The notes under the pieces were generated by a model. The model worked only from the letters and a program-made list of their open reading frames with translations, searched no databases and was not told the DNA's origin. DNA of 64,000 bases. It comes from Hormiphora californensis (taxonomy: Eukaryota; Animalia; Ctenophora). A program made the translations under genes and the position numbers. The DNA lies in NCBI GenBank assembly GCA_020137815.1, contig CM035352.1:3968001-4032000 (forward strand), read 5' to 3'. Shown here piece after piece: positions 47,120 through 59,400 of the stretch. Within the stretch, counting starts at the first letter, position 1, and each line of letters begins with the position of its first letter.

Positions 47120-47960
47120 GATGGGATACGCAGCAGGGCGCAGGCCCGTCTACGCATAAGGGGGCTGCAACGGTTGGCCAGCGTTTAAATCTGGGTGTTT
47201 GGTGAGAGCTGACAAACGTTTTTTTTTGGGTTAGGGCTAAAGTAGGGTTTGGCAACAGGCAAACGCTGCAGGAGGGGGTAAAACACGAAAGAGGGGGTTG
47301 CTGGCTGCGGCAGGCCCCCTTCCCCAAATTTTCGATCGTTCCGAAAAATTTTTGAAGTGGCTTGCAAGACTTTTATTTTTTATAAGGAACCATAATAAAG
47401 TTCAAGAGCCTCCAAGAGCACCCAAGAGCGTACCCGATCGAAGAGAGACCACACCTGAGAGCGCACCACACCCAAAAGAGACCACATCCAAGAGCGGACC
47501 ACCTCCAGAAGACACCACTTCAAGAGCGCACCACATCAAAGAGAGTTCCCCATCCAGAAGATACCACGCGCAGGGGACACCACGCGCAGAAGAGACCAGC
47601 GCGGCGTTGTATTTGCGCGTGCGGTCTCTTCTGCGCGTGGTGTCCCCTGCGCGCGGTATCTTCTGGACGGGGAGCTCTCTTTGATGTGGTGCGCTCTTGG
47701 AGTGGTGTCTTTTGGAGGTGGTACGCTCTTGGATGGGGTGCGCTCTTGAACTTTATTATGGTTCCTTATTTCGACAACGAAACAATTTTGCGCTGCATTA
47801 GTAAAATGCGCGTCGCGTGCGCGTCGGGCGGATTTTTTGTGGCCAGCCTTAAAATCGGCCAGCGTTAAAATCTGGGTGTTTCGTGAGTGCTGACAAACGA
47901 TTTTTAGGGTTAGGGCCAAAGTAGGGTTAGGTTTAGGGTTGGGGTTTGGGTTGGCGTTAA
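47120..47960. repeat. GC-rich composite repeat: ~385-bp imperfect palindrome flanked by direct repeats ending in TTAGGG-like runs
   Basis: ATAAGGAACCATAATAAAGTTCAAGAG (~47382) is mirrored at ~47743-47769. A GGCCAGCGTT..ATCTGGGTGTTT..CTGACAAACG block occurs at ~47176 and ~47857. Confidence 0.65.
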
Positions 47961-48642
47961 GCCTTGACATTTCCTACCAGATAAACTTTGAATTAGCCAA
48001 AACGGTTGAGTGGTTTGGCAGTTAGAGCCATTTTAGTGAACAAATTGAAACAAGTTAGTTATTCATAGTGAATCAACTTTTTTGGAAGCGTGCTTCTGTA
48101 AACAGGCCACCAAACACCCAGATCGTAACGGCACGCCAACCACCAAAAGTGTCTTTGAAAAGCGCTACCTTATCCAATAGCGTCAGTTGTATTTGCAAAC
48201 CAAAAGTGCTAAAAATGTGAAGAACAAGCTATTTTCTTACATTTATCAATTTTTTTAGACAGAAGAGAACGTGGAGGGGAAGTTTGCTAGCGAATGTTCA
48301 GTTACTATTAAGCTTAAAGGTGTATTAAATGGTTTATAAATTTCCCGTTATCGACCACCCTCCGCATCGGGCATCGGCCGTCGCTACCCGCGTTATTAAG
48401 ATTTAAGTCCCTTATTTGTTTCACGTGTTATAATGAAAGTAGAGCTTTTCAATCAACACGGGTCCCAGTTTGGCACGTGTTGATGCCTCTGACAACACTT
48501 TGAACACACCATTCGAAGCAGTTAGTGTTAAATACTGTGGATTTGAATGTGTGCTTGACTCAGTTGGGTTTTTAGGATGATATCACCGTTTTCCGAAGAA
48601 ACATGTGCCAAAATTAAACACAAAGTAAAATCGGTTACACAA

Positions 48643-51600
48643 TTAAAATTCATAGCAAGTCTTCTCGATGTTCCAATGCTCTGACGTCCTGAAAGGTTTA
48701 ACGGTTAGTTCACAGACCGGATAGTATCTTCCATGACAAATACCAGCCTACAAATACCATTCTGCCAGCTTGTGATAAGTCATTATCAGATGAATTAGGG
48801 TGTAATGAGAAGATGATGTAATTACAAGGGTAATGTTGTTACCCACCGTTCTCTCCAGCACTTGTAGGTAAAGAACCAGAGAAATGTGCAATCTTCTTCC
48901 ACCCACGATTTATATTCCGAGGACGTGTTCTCAAACTTACAATCTGGGAAAAATTTAGTTTGTTATTATATACGTAACGTAACATATAGTGGGAGAAGCA
49001 TGCATGGTGTGTGGTAAAAGTAGTTTCAAGTTTCAAGTTATGTTAAGGGTACGCTAACCGAAATTTTTTGTCGAGTGCAGGGCAATCTCTCACCGTAGGG
49101 TTGTAGGCCATGCCAAGGAGACCTCAAATATGCAATTTGAGCTCTCAAGTCGAATTCATATTTTTGCTACAGCTGTTTAAAAAATGTCCTGTAAATACGT
49201 TTTTGGCATCTCAAAAAAATTTTTTTAAAGATAGGAGCATGAAAATTTGGGGATTTGAAGAGGACATAAAGGTGAATAACCACAAAAAATTTTTTTGCAA
49301 TCCGAGCTGATTTCCGGTCCTGAGATGGATTTCTTTTTTTCCACTTTAACGCCCTATTTGGCAAAGTTCCGAAAACATGTGAAAGCTGTAAATTGGTGAA
49401 AAGTTGCGTCTAACGATTATCTAAGTGGCCATAAATTTTGGGCGTGTCCTTATTTGAGATAAGCTGTACAGAGTTTTTTTTGTGTAAGCCGTCATTTCAG
49501 AAATAAATAAATTCCCTGTATCTCAAAAACGGCTGATCGTAGAGACCTGAGACTATGCTTAAACGATTCAGAAGGTCCGATTTTGGGGGGGTCTTCTGAG
49601 AGACATTTTGCTCCTACTTCAACCGTTTTTGCTATAATTGCGAAAAACAAATTCTATGGAAAGGGCAAAAGCTAAAATCCAATATCCTGTAATTAGGGAA
49701 TTTTGGCAGGTCGGTAGAACTTCGACAGAATTTAGGGCAGGTCAATTTAGGGCAGGTCTGAATTTAGGGCAGGACTGAATTTAGGGCAGGTCTGAATTTA
49801 GGGCAGGTCTGAATTTAGGGCAGGTCAATTTAGGGCAGGTCTGAATTTAGGGCAGGTCAATTTAGGGCAGGTCTGAATTTAGGGCAGGTATGAGTACTAA
49901 GCATGTGAACGTAATTCGGGGAAGCTTATAAGCGGTGTGAGACGATACGAGATATAATGGAACATGATTCGGGGAAGCCAATCAGGAGTGTTCGACGATA
50001 TGAGACACGATTCGGTGAAGGTTTCTATGGCAATTTCTGATTTGCCGCATACGGCGTCTAGACGGCGTCTAGACGGTATACCGTCTGGACGGGTTTCGGT
50101 GAAATCAGCTAAAAACGGTACCGAAATTGCTTGAGACGGGTTATAGACGGTATCAGACGGTGTTGCGACGGTATCAGACGGTCTCTAGACGGTGTCACTT
50201 TCCATCCCTAGACCCTATCCCCCTCTCTGTTCGCACTGTCTCTCTTTCAATTTCTCTTACTTTCTCTGAGGGAGAAACAGAGATACCCTTAACTTTTTGA
50301 CTGCTAGGAAAGCACGTAGGAATTGTAGATGTAGGCGGCTCTTTTTACCGAGAGAGAAAAGACAATGTTTAGCCACCGACCGAGAGCTGCCTACATCTAC
50401 CTGATGGGAAAGCGGCGAAACCAATTTCCACGGAGGAGCTCAACAGTCTTTCTATCTCGACTCTCGGTAAAAAGTTAAGGGTATCTATCTTTCTCCATGT
50501 CTCTCTTTCTCCCATCATAGAAAAGGAAAGAGAAAGAAAGAGAGACATAGCGAACAAAGAGGGGGATAATAATAATAATAATACCGCCTGTACACCATGG
50601 GTACAGTCTACAAAGGTAGGGCTGTCCCATGTTGCCATCTAACCAATGGCTTATAGGGATGTAAAGCGATAGAAACCTTCCCCGAATCGTATCTCATATC
50701 CATCGTCTAACACTCCTGATTGGCTTCCCCGAATCATGTTCCAGAGAGGGGTATAGGGTCTAGGGATGGAAAGCGATAGAAACCTTCACCGAATTCGAAT
50801 CGTGTCTCATATCGTCTAACACTCCTGATTGGCTTCCCCGAATCATGTTCCATATCTCGTATCGTCTCACACCGCTAATAAGCTTCCCCGAATCGCATTC
50901 ACATGCTTAGTACTCAGACCTGCCCTAAATTCAGACCTGCCCTAAATTGACCTGCCCTAAATTCAGACCTGCCCTAAATTGACCTGCCCTAAATTCAGTC
51001 CTGCCCTAAATTCAGACCTGCCCTAAATTGACCTGCCCTAAATTCAGACCTGCCCTAAATTCTGTCGAAGTTCTACCGACCTGCCGGAATTTTAGCTAAG
51101 AAAGGACCGAAACTATGGAAAAATGTGTAACAAGCTAATTCCTTCACTATTTGGTCCATATGGGTCCCTATAATCACCAAAAACAAAATCACAAAAAAAT
51201 CCACGATGGCGAAGATGGGTTTTGTTTTTCGCAATTACAGCAAAAACGGTTGAAGTAGGAGCAAAATGTCTCTCAGAAGACCCCCCCAAAATCGGACCTT
51301 CTGAATCGTTTAAGCATAGTCTCAGGTCTCTACGATCAGCCGTTTTTGAGATACAGGGAATTTATTTATTTCTGAAATGACAGCTTTCACAAAAAAAACT
51401 CTGTACAGCTTATCTCAAATAAGGACACGCCCAAAATTTATGGCCACTTAGATAATCGTTAGACGCAACTTTTCACCAATTTACAGCTTTCACATGTTTT
51501 CGGAACTTTGCCAAATAGGGCGTTAAAGTGGAAAAAAAGAAATCCATCTCAGGACCGGAAATCAGCTCGGATTGCAAAAATATTTTTTGTGGTTATTCAC

Positions 51601-52702
51601 CTTCATGTCCTCTTCAAATCCCCAAATTTTCATGCTCCTATCTTTAAAAAAAATTTTTTGAGATGCCAAAAACGTATTTACAGGACATTTTTTAAACAGC
51701 TGTAGCAAAAATATGAATTCGACTTGAGAGCTCAAATTGCATATTTGAGGTCTCCTTGGCATGGCCTACAACCCTACGGTGAGAGATTTCCCTGCACTCG
51801 AAAAAAATTTTTGGTTAGCGTACCCTTAAATTTTGGTGGCTCTTTTTTTGTTGACACTCTTCCACTATCAGGGATATTATATTTACTAACCACAGTGGTA
51901 TAGAAGGTTCACTTTTGAGATGTCCAAGTCAGACAGGATGATCCTCTGTCCTATGACGGCAGAATAGCTGGAGTTCAGCGTCTCTATTGTCTTCAAGTTT
52001 TCCGGTTGTGCACTAAACGCATATGCTCCGTAGTGCATTATACTAAAACGAAGTTATAAAACACAGTTCAGTTCGGTGAATTCAGTAACGTGAACTTCTA
52101 AATAGTACACACGTGTTACTCGTTACGTGTAAAACTCAGCTCAGTAATATGAACAAATCTGTAAATATATATTTGTTTTCCACGTGGAATAAGTAGCAAG
52201 ATGTAGCAGGGAGTACCTTGTATAGTCGTAGTTGTTACTAGTCACATATTCTGGATCTGTGTCCAGCATTTTGAAGTTGTCCTCTAGTCCAGGTATAATA
52301 TTCTCTGGGTGTATTTTAATGTAACTGTCCCTGTCCCGTCGTGTGTGCTCGTGGTATAGACCTGTATAAAGAGATATTAATATTAATATGATATTATTAT
52401 GAATATGATATTAAAATTAGATTTAATATGTTTTGAATAAGTGTAAACTGAGAGTTCTAGAAGCACAATTCTCAGTTATCACTGCACTGGCAAGCGTAAT
52501 GATGACCATTCCCCTTGTAATTCACAACTTTATAATTCACACAGAGTTGTACCTAAAACGTGTCCTAGCTCGTGCAAGACACACCCAATGTCCATCTGAC
52601 AGCCTCCACTGAGTTTCACTTCTTGTGGGCCACCCTTCATACCCGCATGGGACGTTGATTCACTGTAATGTAAGAGAATTAAAGATCTCTCTCACTCTCT
52701 CT

Positions 52703-52740
<38 letters not shown>

Positions 52741-52759
52741 CTTATCTCTCTCTGTCTCT

Positions 52760-52791
<32 letters not shown>

Positions 52792-52817
52792 CTTCTCTCG
52801 CTCTACTCTTCTTCTCA

Positions 52818-52887
<70 letters not shown>

Positions 52888-53265
52888 TTCTCTCTCTTTC
52901 CCTCCCTTACTTTGAAGAAGTGAAGTAAATGTAGTTTTTCTCGTCAACACGTGGTACAAACTTTACACAAGTCCCTTCGTACCACCTCTTAAAAGCAACT
53001 TTAATATCGACAACTGACTGTGCGTTTCCTGAAAATGCGAAAAAGTTACAGTTTACACTACCAGATTCAAATACAAAACACTAACGGGTGTTTAAACAGT
53101 GGTTAATGAAATGAAATATATCACAAGGGCTATAATACCAATTGCTGAAAGATCGTAAGGAACTAAAAAATGAATTCCATTTTCCTTGCTACGGTATGTC
53201 CAGGTCCCTGCAGCAGGGTCACAGAAGGATCTAGAGGCCAGTAGGAGGAGGAGGAGGCAAATCAT
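48643..53265 (-). CDS. Astacin-family (M12A) zinc metalloprotease, 264 aa. Exons 53265-53139, 53028-52911, 52662-52553, 52361-52217, 52042-51891, 48943-48847, 48688-48643
   Basis: All seven exons join in phase. HELGHVLGLYHEHTRRDRD zinc motif, YDYTSIMHY Met-turn, IGQR..LS..D..K.N.LY.C, and a signal-like MICLLLLLLASRSFC. The last two exons are less certain. Confidence 0.88.
49047..51825. mobile_element. Long-TIR non-autonomous transposon (Kolobok/Sola3-like ends) in astacin intron 5
   Basis: 605-bp near-identical inverted arms (49047-49651, 51221-51825); GGG...CCC termini; TTAA TSD. Confidence 0.85.
49705..51085. mobile_element. Nested non-autonomous element (Merlin- or MULE-like) with subterminal tandem repeats
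   Basis: TIR GGCAGGTCGGTAGAACTTCGACAG; 8-bp TSD GGAATTTT; 15-17-bp AATTTAGGGCAGGTC(TG) arrays mirrored at both ends. Confidence 0.8.
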
Positions 53266-53464
53266 CGTGACGCAAAGTAATATAATGAGGTGTTACCGTG
53301 GACGGGAGAGAGGGAATGGAGAGGAATTAGTGTGTAATGGATGAATAGTGGAAAGACAAAAGCTGTATCTTAGTTAGTGCCACCCCTTTGTGATCAAGCA
53401 CCCAGCTGTGTCACTCTAAACATCCTTTAGTGATTCGCTGAAGCGGTGCATAAGGTGGTAAATA

Positions 53465-55115
53465 CCGTGTGCGGCAAAAAAAAGGCCCCCCCCCCTAGAC
53501 CACCATAGTTGCCGATGTGGTGGAGAGCTGTAACTTGGCAGGGTTGCTCCACTATGTCTATCTTGATCCTGACAGAAAAATCAGAGCTCTAGCTCAAAAT
53601 TCATTTTCATGAACGGAATGAACTTCTCCGTTCCTTCGATATGAGACCCCCTCATCATTCAGAATTTTTTGCCCGTCTTTGGCTAACGATTATCTTTGTA
53701 ATGAGACCAATTTGAGCATAATCTGATTACCAGGAGAGACACAGTGGAGGGTTTTCCGACCGTCACTCCTGACATGTGATCCAGGCCCGGTCACGTGGTG
53801 AAAAGTGGGTTTGGGGTGCTGTTAACATGTCTCAATAACGGATTATTGCTCTCATATCCCTTGAATATCCCTCCACAATGCTCTCAAGTCACTTTGTGAT
53901 GCTGATTGATTGGGTTCATGTCACCAGTTCTTGTCAAAGTTCTCAAGCGGCCCGTGATACGAGATCATTTCATCAAGGAGGGGCCATCTTGTGTCACTAA
54001 TCAGCCTATCATCTCACATTACACTAGCCAAGGGATCTGGGGTATTTAAATCTTCAAATGTTCATCAAAATCATTCCCAATCGTTACTTGCAATGCATTT
54101 TACACCCGAACAGAGGAACTTCATCTGACTCAAGAAGGAAACCAACACCCTCTACCCCACCATCGAACAGGAGTTCTTTATCATCTCGCAGATGTCGCCA
54201 GTCTAATCGCTCTCCTGCGGGTGGACTGGATTGGTGTTGTCTGTGTGTCTCTCAGTACTGCTGTTGTGGAAGCAGGACCTGTAGCAGACTTCCTCCTTCC
54301 GGATCGTCCAGGATTGTTGTTTTTGGAGTGGCCCTCGTCTGAAACTGTCCGATGGATCTTTCTGCAGGACTTCTTGGATGGGGCATGGCGGCCAAACTTG
54401 ATAAAGAACTCCTGTTCGATGGTGGGGTAGAGGGTGTTGGTTTCCTCCTTGAGCCAGATGAAGTTCCTCTGTTCGGGTGTAAAATGCATTGCAAGTAACG
54501 ATTGGGAATGATTTTGATGAACATTTGAAGATTTAAATACCCCAGATCCCTTGGCTAGTGTAATGTGAGATGATAGGCTGATTAGTGACACAAGATGGCC
54601 CCTCCTTGATGAAATTATCTCGTATCACGGGCCGCTTGAGAACTTTGACAAGAACTGGTGACATGAACCCAATCAATCAGCATCACAAAGTGACTTGAGA
54701 GCATTGTGGAGGGATATTCAAGGGATATGAGAGCAATAATCCGTTATTGAGACATGTTAACAGCACCCCAAACCCACTTTTCACCACGTGACCGGGCCTG
54801 GATCACATGTCAGGAGTGACGGTCGGAAAACCCTCCACTGTGTCTCTCCTGGTAATCAGATTATGCTCAAATTGGTCTCATTACAAAGATAATCGTTAGC
54901 CAAAGACGGGCAAAAAATTCTGAATGATGAGGGGGTCTCATATCGAAGGAACGGAGAAGTTCATTCCGTTCATGAAAATGAATTTTGAGCTAGAGCTCTG
55001 ATTTTTCTGTCAGGATCAAGATAGACATAGTGGAGCAACCCTGCCAAGTTACAGCTCTCCACCACATCGGCAACTATGGTGGTCTAGGGGGGGCCTTTTT
55101 TTTTGCCGCACACGG
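53465..55115. mobile_element. Foldback IS630/Tc1/mariner derivative carrying a truncated transposase N-terminus
   Basis: ~719-bp inverted arms (53465-54183, 54399-55115); TA TSD. The minus-strand ORF from ATG 54489 (MHFTPEQR...FFIKFGRHAPSKK...SGRRKS...STRR) resembles the DUF4817-like HTH of mariner-type transposases. Confidence 0.85.
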
Positions 55116-55244
55116 TATTAATAATATAACATCATTAATAATAAAACATCAAATCTCCCAACTTAGATCTTATTTATTAGATGACCCGTCATAAACATTC
55201 GGTGTGACCATTCCACCAAATTGTGTTAATATACCCATCCACAT

Positions 55245-55445
55245 AAGTCCCTAACCCATCGACCCTTAGTCCTTAACCTAATGACCCTAACTCAAGTCCT
55301 TTACCTACTGACCCTAACCCACGTTAACCTACTGACCCTAACTCAAGTCCTTAACCTACTGACCCTAACCCACGTTAACCTACTGACCCTAACCCACGTT
55401 AACCTACTGACCCTAACCCACGTTAACCTACTGACCCTAACCCAA
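55245..55445 (+). repeat. Minisatellite with 24-27-bp units containing CCCTAA
   Basis: (ACCTACTGACCCTAACCCACGTTA)n and a longer variant. Confidence 0.85.
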
Positions 55446-55483
55446 AACTCACATATATCCCATTATAGCATGACGAACACGGT

Positions 55484-56257
55484 ATGTCCCTAAAAGCCCA
55501 CAATTTGGTTGACATCCTAAACGATTCAGAGGCTACTCTGGCAGCATCGCCACCCGAATCTTCCACCCTGTCTTGCCTGCTAAAGGACGCAGCCCAGTCC
55601 ATCTCTAAACCGTCCTGGAATATTTGTCCTGAGGGGTCTTCCTCCCTTGACAAATCAACCACTGCCATCAGCTCCTGCCTACTGAAGGATCTCTCCTCAT
55701 GTAGTACTGAAAAGGAGAGGACCAGTCCTGCGGAGGTACCGTGTAATGGGGTGGAGAGCGCTCCCAGCGCTGACAAGGATGCTACAGGTGCAGGTGGGCC
55801 CGTTGCGTGTGAACACTGTGACTATATCGGAAACAGCAAGTGGCATATAGACCGTCACCAAATAATACACCAAGACTGGAGACCCTACAAGTGCTTGTGG
55901 TGCGGGTATGCCGGGAAGTTGAGGCAGTACCTGAAGAGCCACATACTACGTCATCACCCAGAGAAGATACCTGCCCAGGATATGGGTAATAAACGGAAGA
56001 AGAGGAAGGACGCGGTCAGCCAGTTGGATAATTGTAATCTCTACACATTTGGCAATAACCATCTGTTTGTGTGTCAGTTCTGTGATTTTAAGACTCAGGA
56101 GAGTTGGCAGCTGAAGCGACATGTTAAGAGACACCTTGATGATCGGCCCTTTCAGTGTCACAAGTGTGACTACGCTGCGAAACTGAAACATCATCTTAAA
56201 ATTCATATTGACAGACGCCACCCGGCTTGGAAGGATACCCTGCCGGTTAAGGACTGA
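55484..56257 (+). CDS. C2H2 zinc-finger protein with 4 fingers in two pairs, 257 aa
   Basis: CEHC..HQIIH; RPYKCLWC..HILRHH; CQFC..HVKRH; RPFQCHKC..HIDRRH. Confidence 0.85.
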   Translation: MSLKAHNLVDILNDSEATLAASPPESSTLSCLLKDAAQSISKPSWNICPEGSSSLDKSTTAISSCLLKDLSSCSTEKERTSPAEVPCNGVESAPSADKDATGAGGPVACEHCDYIGNSKWHIDRHQIIHQDWRPYKCLWCGYAGKLRQYLKSHILRHHPEKIPAQDMGNKRKKRKDAVSQLDNCNLYTFGNNHLFVCQFCDFKTQESWQLKRHVKRHLDDRPFQCHKCDYAAKLKHHLKIHIDRRHPAWKDTLPVKD

Positions 56258-56458
56258 AGGGTTTATTTTAAATGTTCCTGGGGGAGCTTTCAAACTGGAT
56301 TCTGAATGAGTAGCTTGTTGAGTGGAGAAGCATTTTCACAAACTATTTTATGTAATTCTTGCCTGTTTAAACTTGAATCCGGTCATTTTACTTTCGTAAT
56401 GTTCTTCCCCGGCCCCTCTCACACACACGCACACACTCTCCCTCTCCCTCCCCAGGTG

Positions 56459-59400
56459 ATGAGGGTGGCAGATGCTGAAGGACACGGTAGGAGGGTGGCT
56501 GCTCTGGTTGAGGAGGTACTACGGGGTTCAGAGAACATTCTAGGTGTCTCCCTGGAGATATTGAGTAGTATGAGGGTGCTGGTGAGTGGAGCACCGGGCA
56601 AGGTCAAGGACCGGGTCCAGATTGTTCTTAGTCAGCTCGTCTCACTTTGTAGGGAACTAGACGGGAAACAAGGTATGTCAGCAGATCTGTTACTACCAAA
56701 TTGCAAGATGCTATTGATCATTGATTAGAGACTGGAGAGTGAGATTAGGATGACTCAGGAAATGTGTTTGAGGTTTTGATTAGAAAGAAACACGTGGCAT
56801 GTGAATGATTGTTTCAATAATATCAGGAACCGACCGAATCAGGAAATACTGGTCCCTGATTGGCTGATAACCAGTCACGTGACCTAAATAACGAGCTCTG
56901 ATTGGTTGTTTACTTGGTCCGGTCGGTTCCTGAATAATATTATATGTTCTCTTCCTAGATATCAGTGTTGCGGAAAAAGATCAACTAACAGAAGTAGTAA
57001 AATCAATTGGAGCTGTTGCTGAAACACTAGTGAACTGGTATGTGAACAAGAAGTTGAGACACGAGGAGGAGCAGGGTCCCGACACCATCGCATCCGATGA
57101 GGTGGAGTTGGTGAAGAAGTTCCGGAACTTCCTGACTCGACGAAACCCCCGGGTCTATCTGCCAAACCTACCAAACCCTGGTGCAGGTACATCTAGGAAC
57201 TAGGACAGTAGTCAGTATTATAGTACGTCATATATATAGGTAATAGGAGAGTGAGCTGTGAGGTGTGAGGTGTGAGGTGTGAGGTGTGTAAAATATGGAG
57301 TGATTCGGAATGTGAGGGAGTGAATGTGAGGCAGTGAAAATTGTCAGTTTAGTGACTTCAGGTGACTGTTTAGTGACTTGAAATAGATTATATTTATGTG
57401 TGTGTATATATACCACACCCTCCCTATTACAGCTATGGAGTTATCAGTAAGTGTGTTCATGAGGTGCCACGGTGACCTGTTAGAAACAGCAAACAATAAA
57501 GGAGACTACATAACACAAGCGGGATTGTTGTGTCAACTCATGTCCTCCCTTTCATCCCTCCTTGACATTGAGGATCGGTTATTTGTTAACAGATTCCCTT
57601 ATAGGGCTCAGGTAATAATTAGGGCACCTTAGACATGTTTGTACAATAGGCACAAGTACAATTAAATTATTCATCTTTTATTCATTTTTACGACATTCGT
57701 GATACTTGCCTAGGTAGACTGTGTTTCCCTCGCCCCGCCCTTCTTTACAAATGTAAAGGAGGGTTAGAACATAACAACGTGATACAGCTAATTCGTTATT
57801 TTGTTGTTCGTATTGGACACCATTTTTGCAGGTGTTTTCCTTTACAGAAGAGCTGGTTACTAAATTCAGGAGGCAGAGATCTCTTACCGGAACACTCGTT
57901 CTCATCTCATCCATTTCCGAGGTGCGTCTTGTTAACATGATTTATCAACATGTTCTAACATTGAACTAACATGTCCTCCCTCCAAGTTCTAACATTCTAA
58001 CATGTCCTCTCTCCATGTTCTAACATTAAACTAACATATTGTCCTCTCTCCATGTTCTAACATTAAACTAACATATTGTCCTCTCTCCATGTTCTAACAT
58101 TAAACTAACATATTGTCCTCTCTCCATGTTCTAACATTAAACTAACATATTGTCCTCTCTCCATGTTCTAACATTAAACTAACATGTCCTCCCTCCATGT
58201 TCTAACATTAAACTAACATGTCCTCCCTCCATGTTCTAACATTAAACTAACATATTGTCCTCCCTCCATGTTCTAACATTAAACTAACATATTGTCCTCC
58301 CTCCACGTTCTAACATTAAACTAACATGTCCTCCCTCCAGCTCCATGTTCTAACATTAAACTAACATGTCCTCCAGGTCCATGTTCTAACATTCTAACAT
58401 GTCCTCCCTCCATGTTCTAACATTAAACTAACATGTCCTCCCTCCATGTTCTAACATTAAACTAACATGTCCTCTCTCCATGTTCTAACATTAAACTAAC
58501 ATGTCTTCCCTCCATGTTCTAACATTAAACTAACATGTCCTCTCTCCATGTTCTAACATTGAACTAACATGTCTTCCCTCCATGCTCTAACATTAAACTA
58601 ATATGTCCTCCCTCCATGTTCTAACATTAAACTAACATGTCCTCCCTCCATGTTCTAACATTAAACTAACATGTCCTCTCTCCATGTTCTAACATTAAAC
58701 TAACATGTCTTCCCTCCATATTCTAATATTAAACTAACATGTCCTCCCTCCATGTTCTAACATTAAACTAACATGTCTTCCCTCCATATTCTAATATTAA
58801 ACTAACATGTCCTCCCTCCATGTTCTAACATTAAACTAACATGTCATCTCTCCATGTTCTAACATTCTAACATATTCTCTCTCCATGTTCTAACATTGAA
58901 CTAACATGTCCTCCCTCCATGTTCTAACATTAAACTAACATGTCCTCCCTCCATGTTAACATTGTAACATTCCAGGCGGTTAACAACCTAGCCGATGCCT
59001 GTCGTGAGAGGTTAAAAGGTGACATGGCGTTGAAGAGAGCTGAGAGCATGGCTCTAAGACCAGGTGGACCTCTCCCCTGTTCTACTGCCCTTAAACAGTC
59101 CATTGTGGAGCTTACAGTTACAATAGACTCAGAGAACTCTGTGAGTTTACAGTTAGTAGTTACCATAGACTCAGAGAATTCTGTGAGTTTACCGGGCATT
59201 GTACTATAACATCTTGCTTTACTGCCTGAAGTTGGAGATCGGGTAAAAACGGTGGGAGTACCGGCTGATGTTAGAATATGGGTAGGTATTATAAAACGGT
59301 TAGTTAATACTCCTGTTGCAGTCCCAGTTTGAGATAAAAGTGAAGGTAATGAGTAGTGCAACAGTTCTGTCACGTGTTGCCCATATATGGTGTTGTGTGT

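Noticed and set aside
49730-49890. TTTAGGG repeats as plant-type telomere sequence
   Set aside because: The heptamer is part of a 15-17-bp unit that reiterates the TIR motif GGCAGGTC; it is not a contiguous telomeric array.
49110-51762. Mirror-image 65/66-aa ORF pairs
   Set aside because: They lie within the inverted arms of a non-autonomous element and show no transposase motifs.
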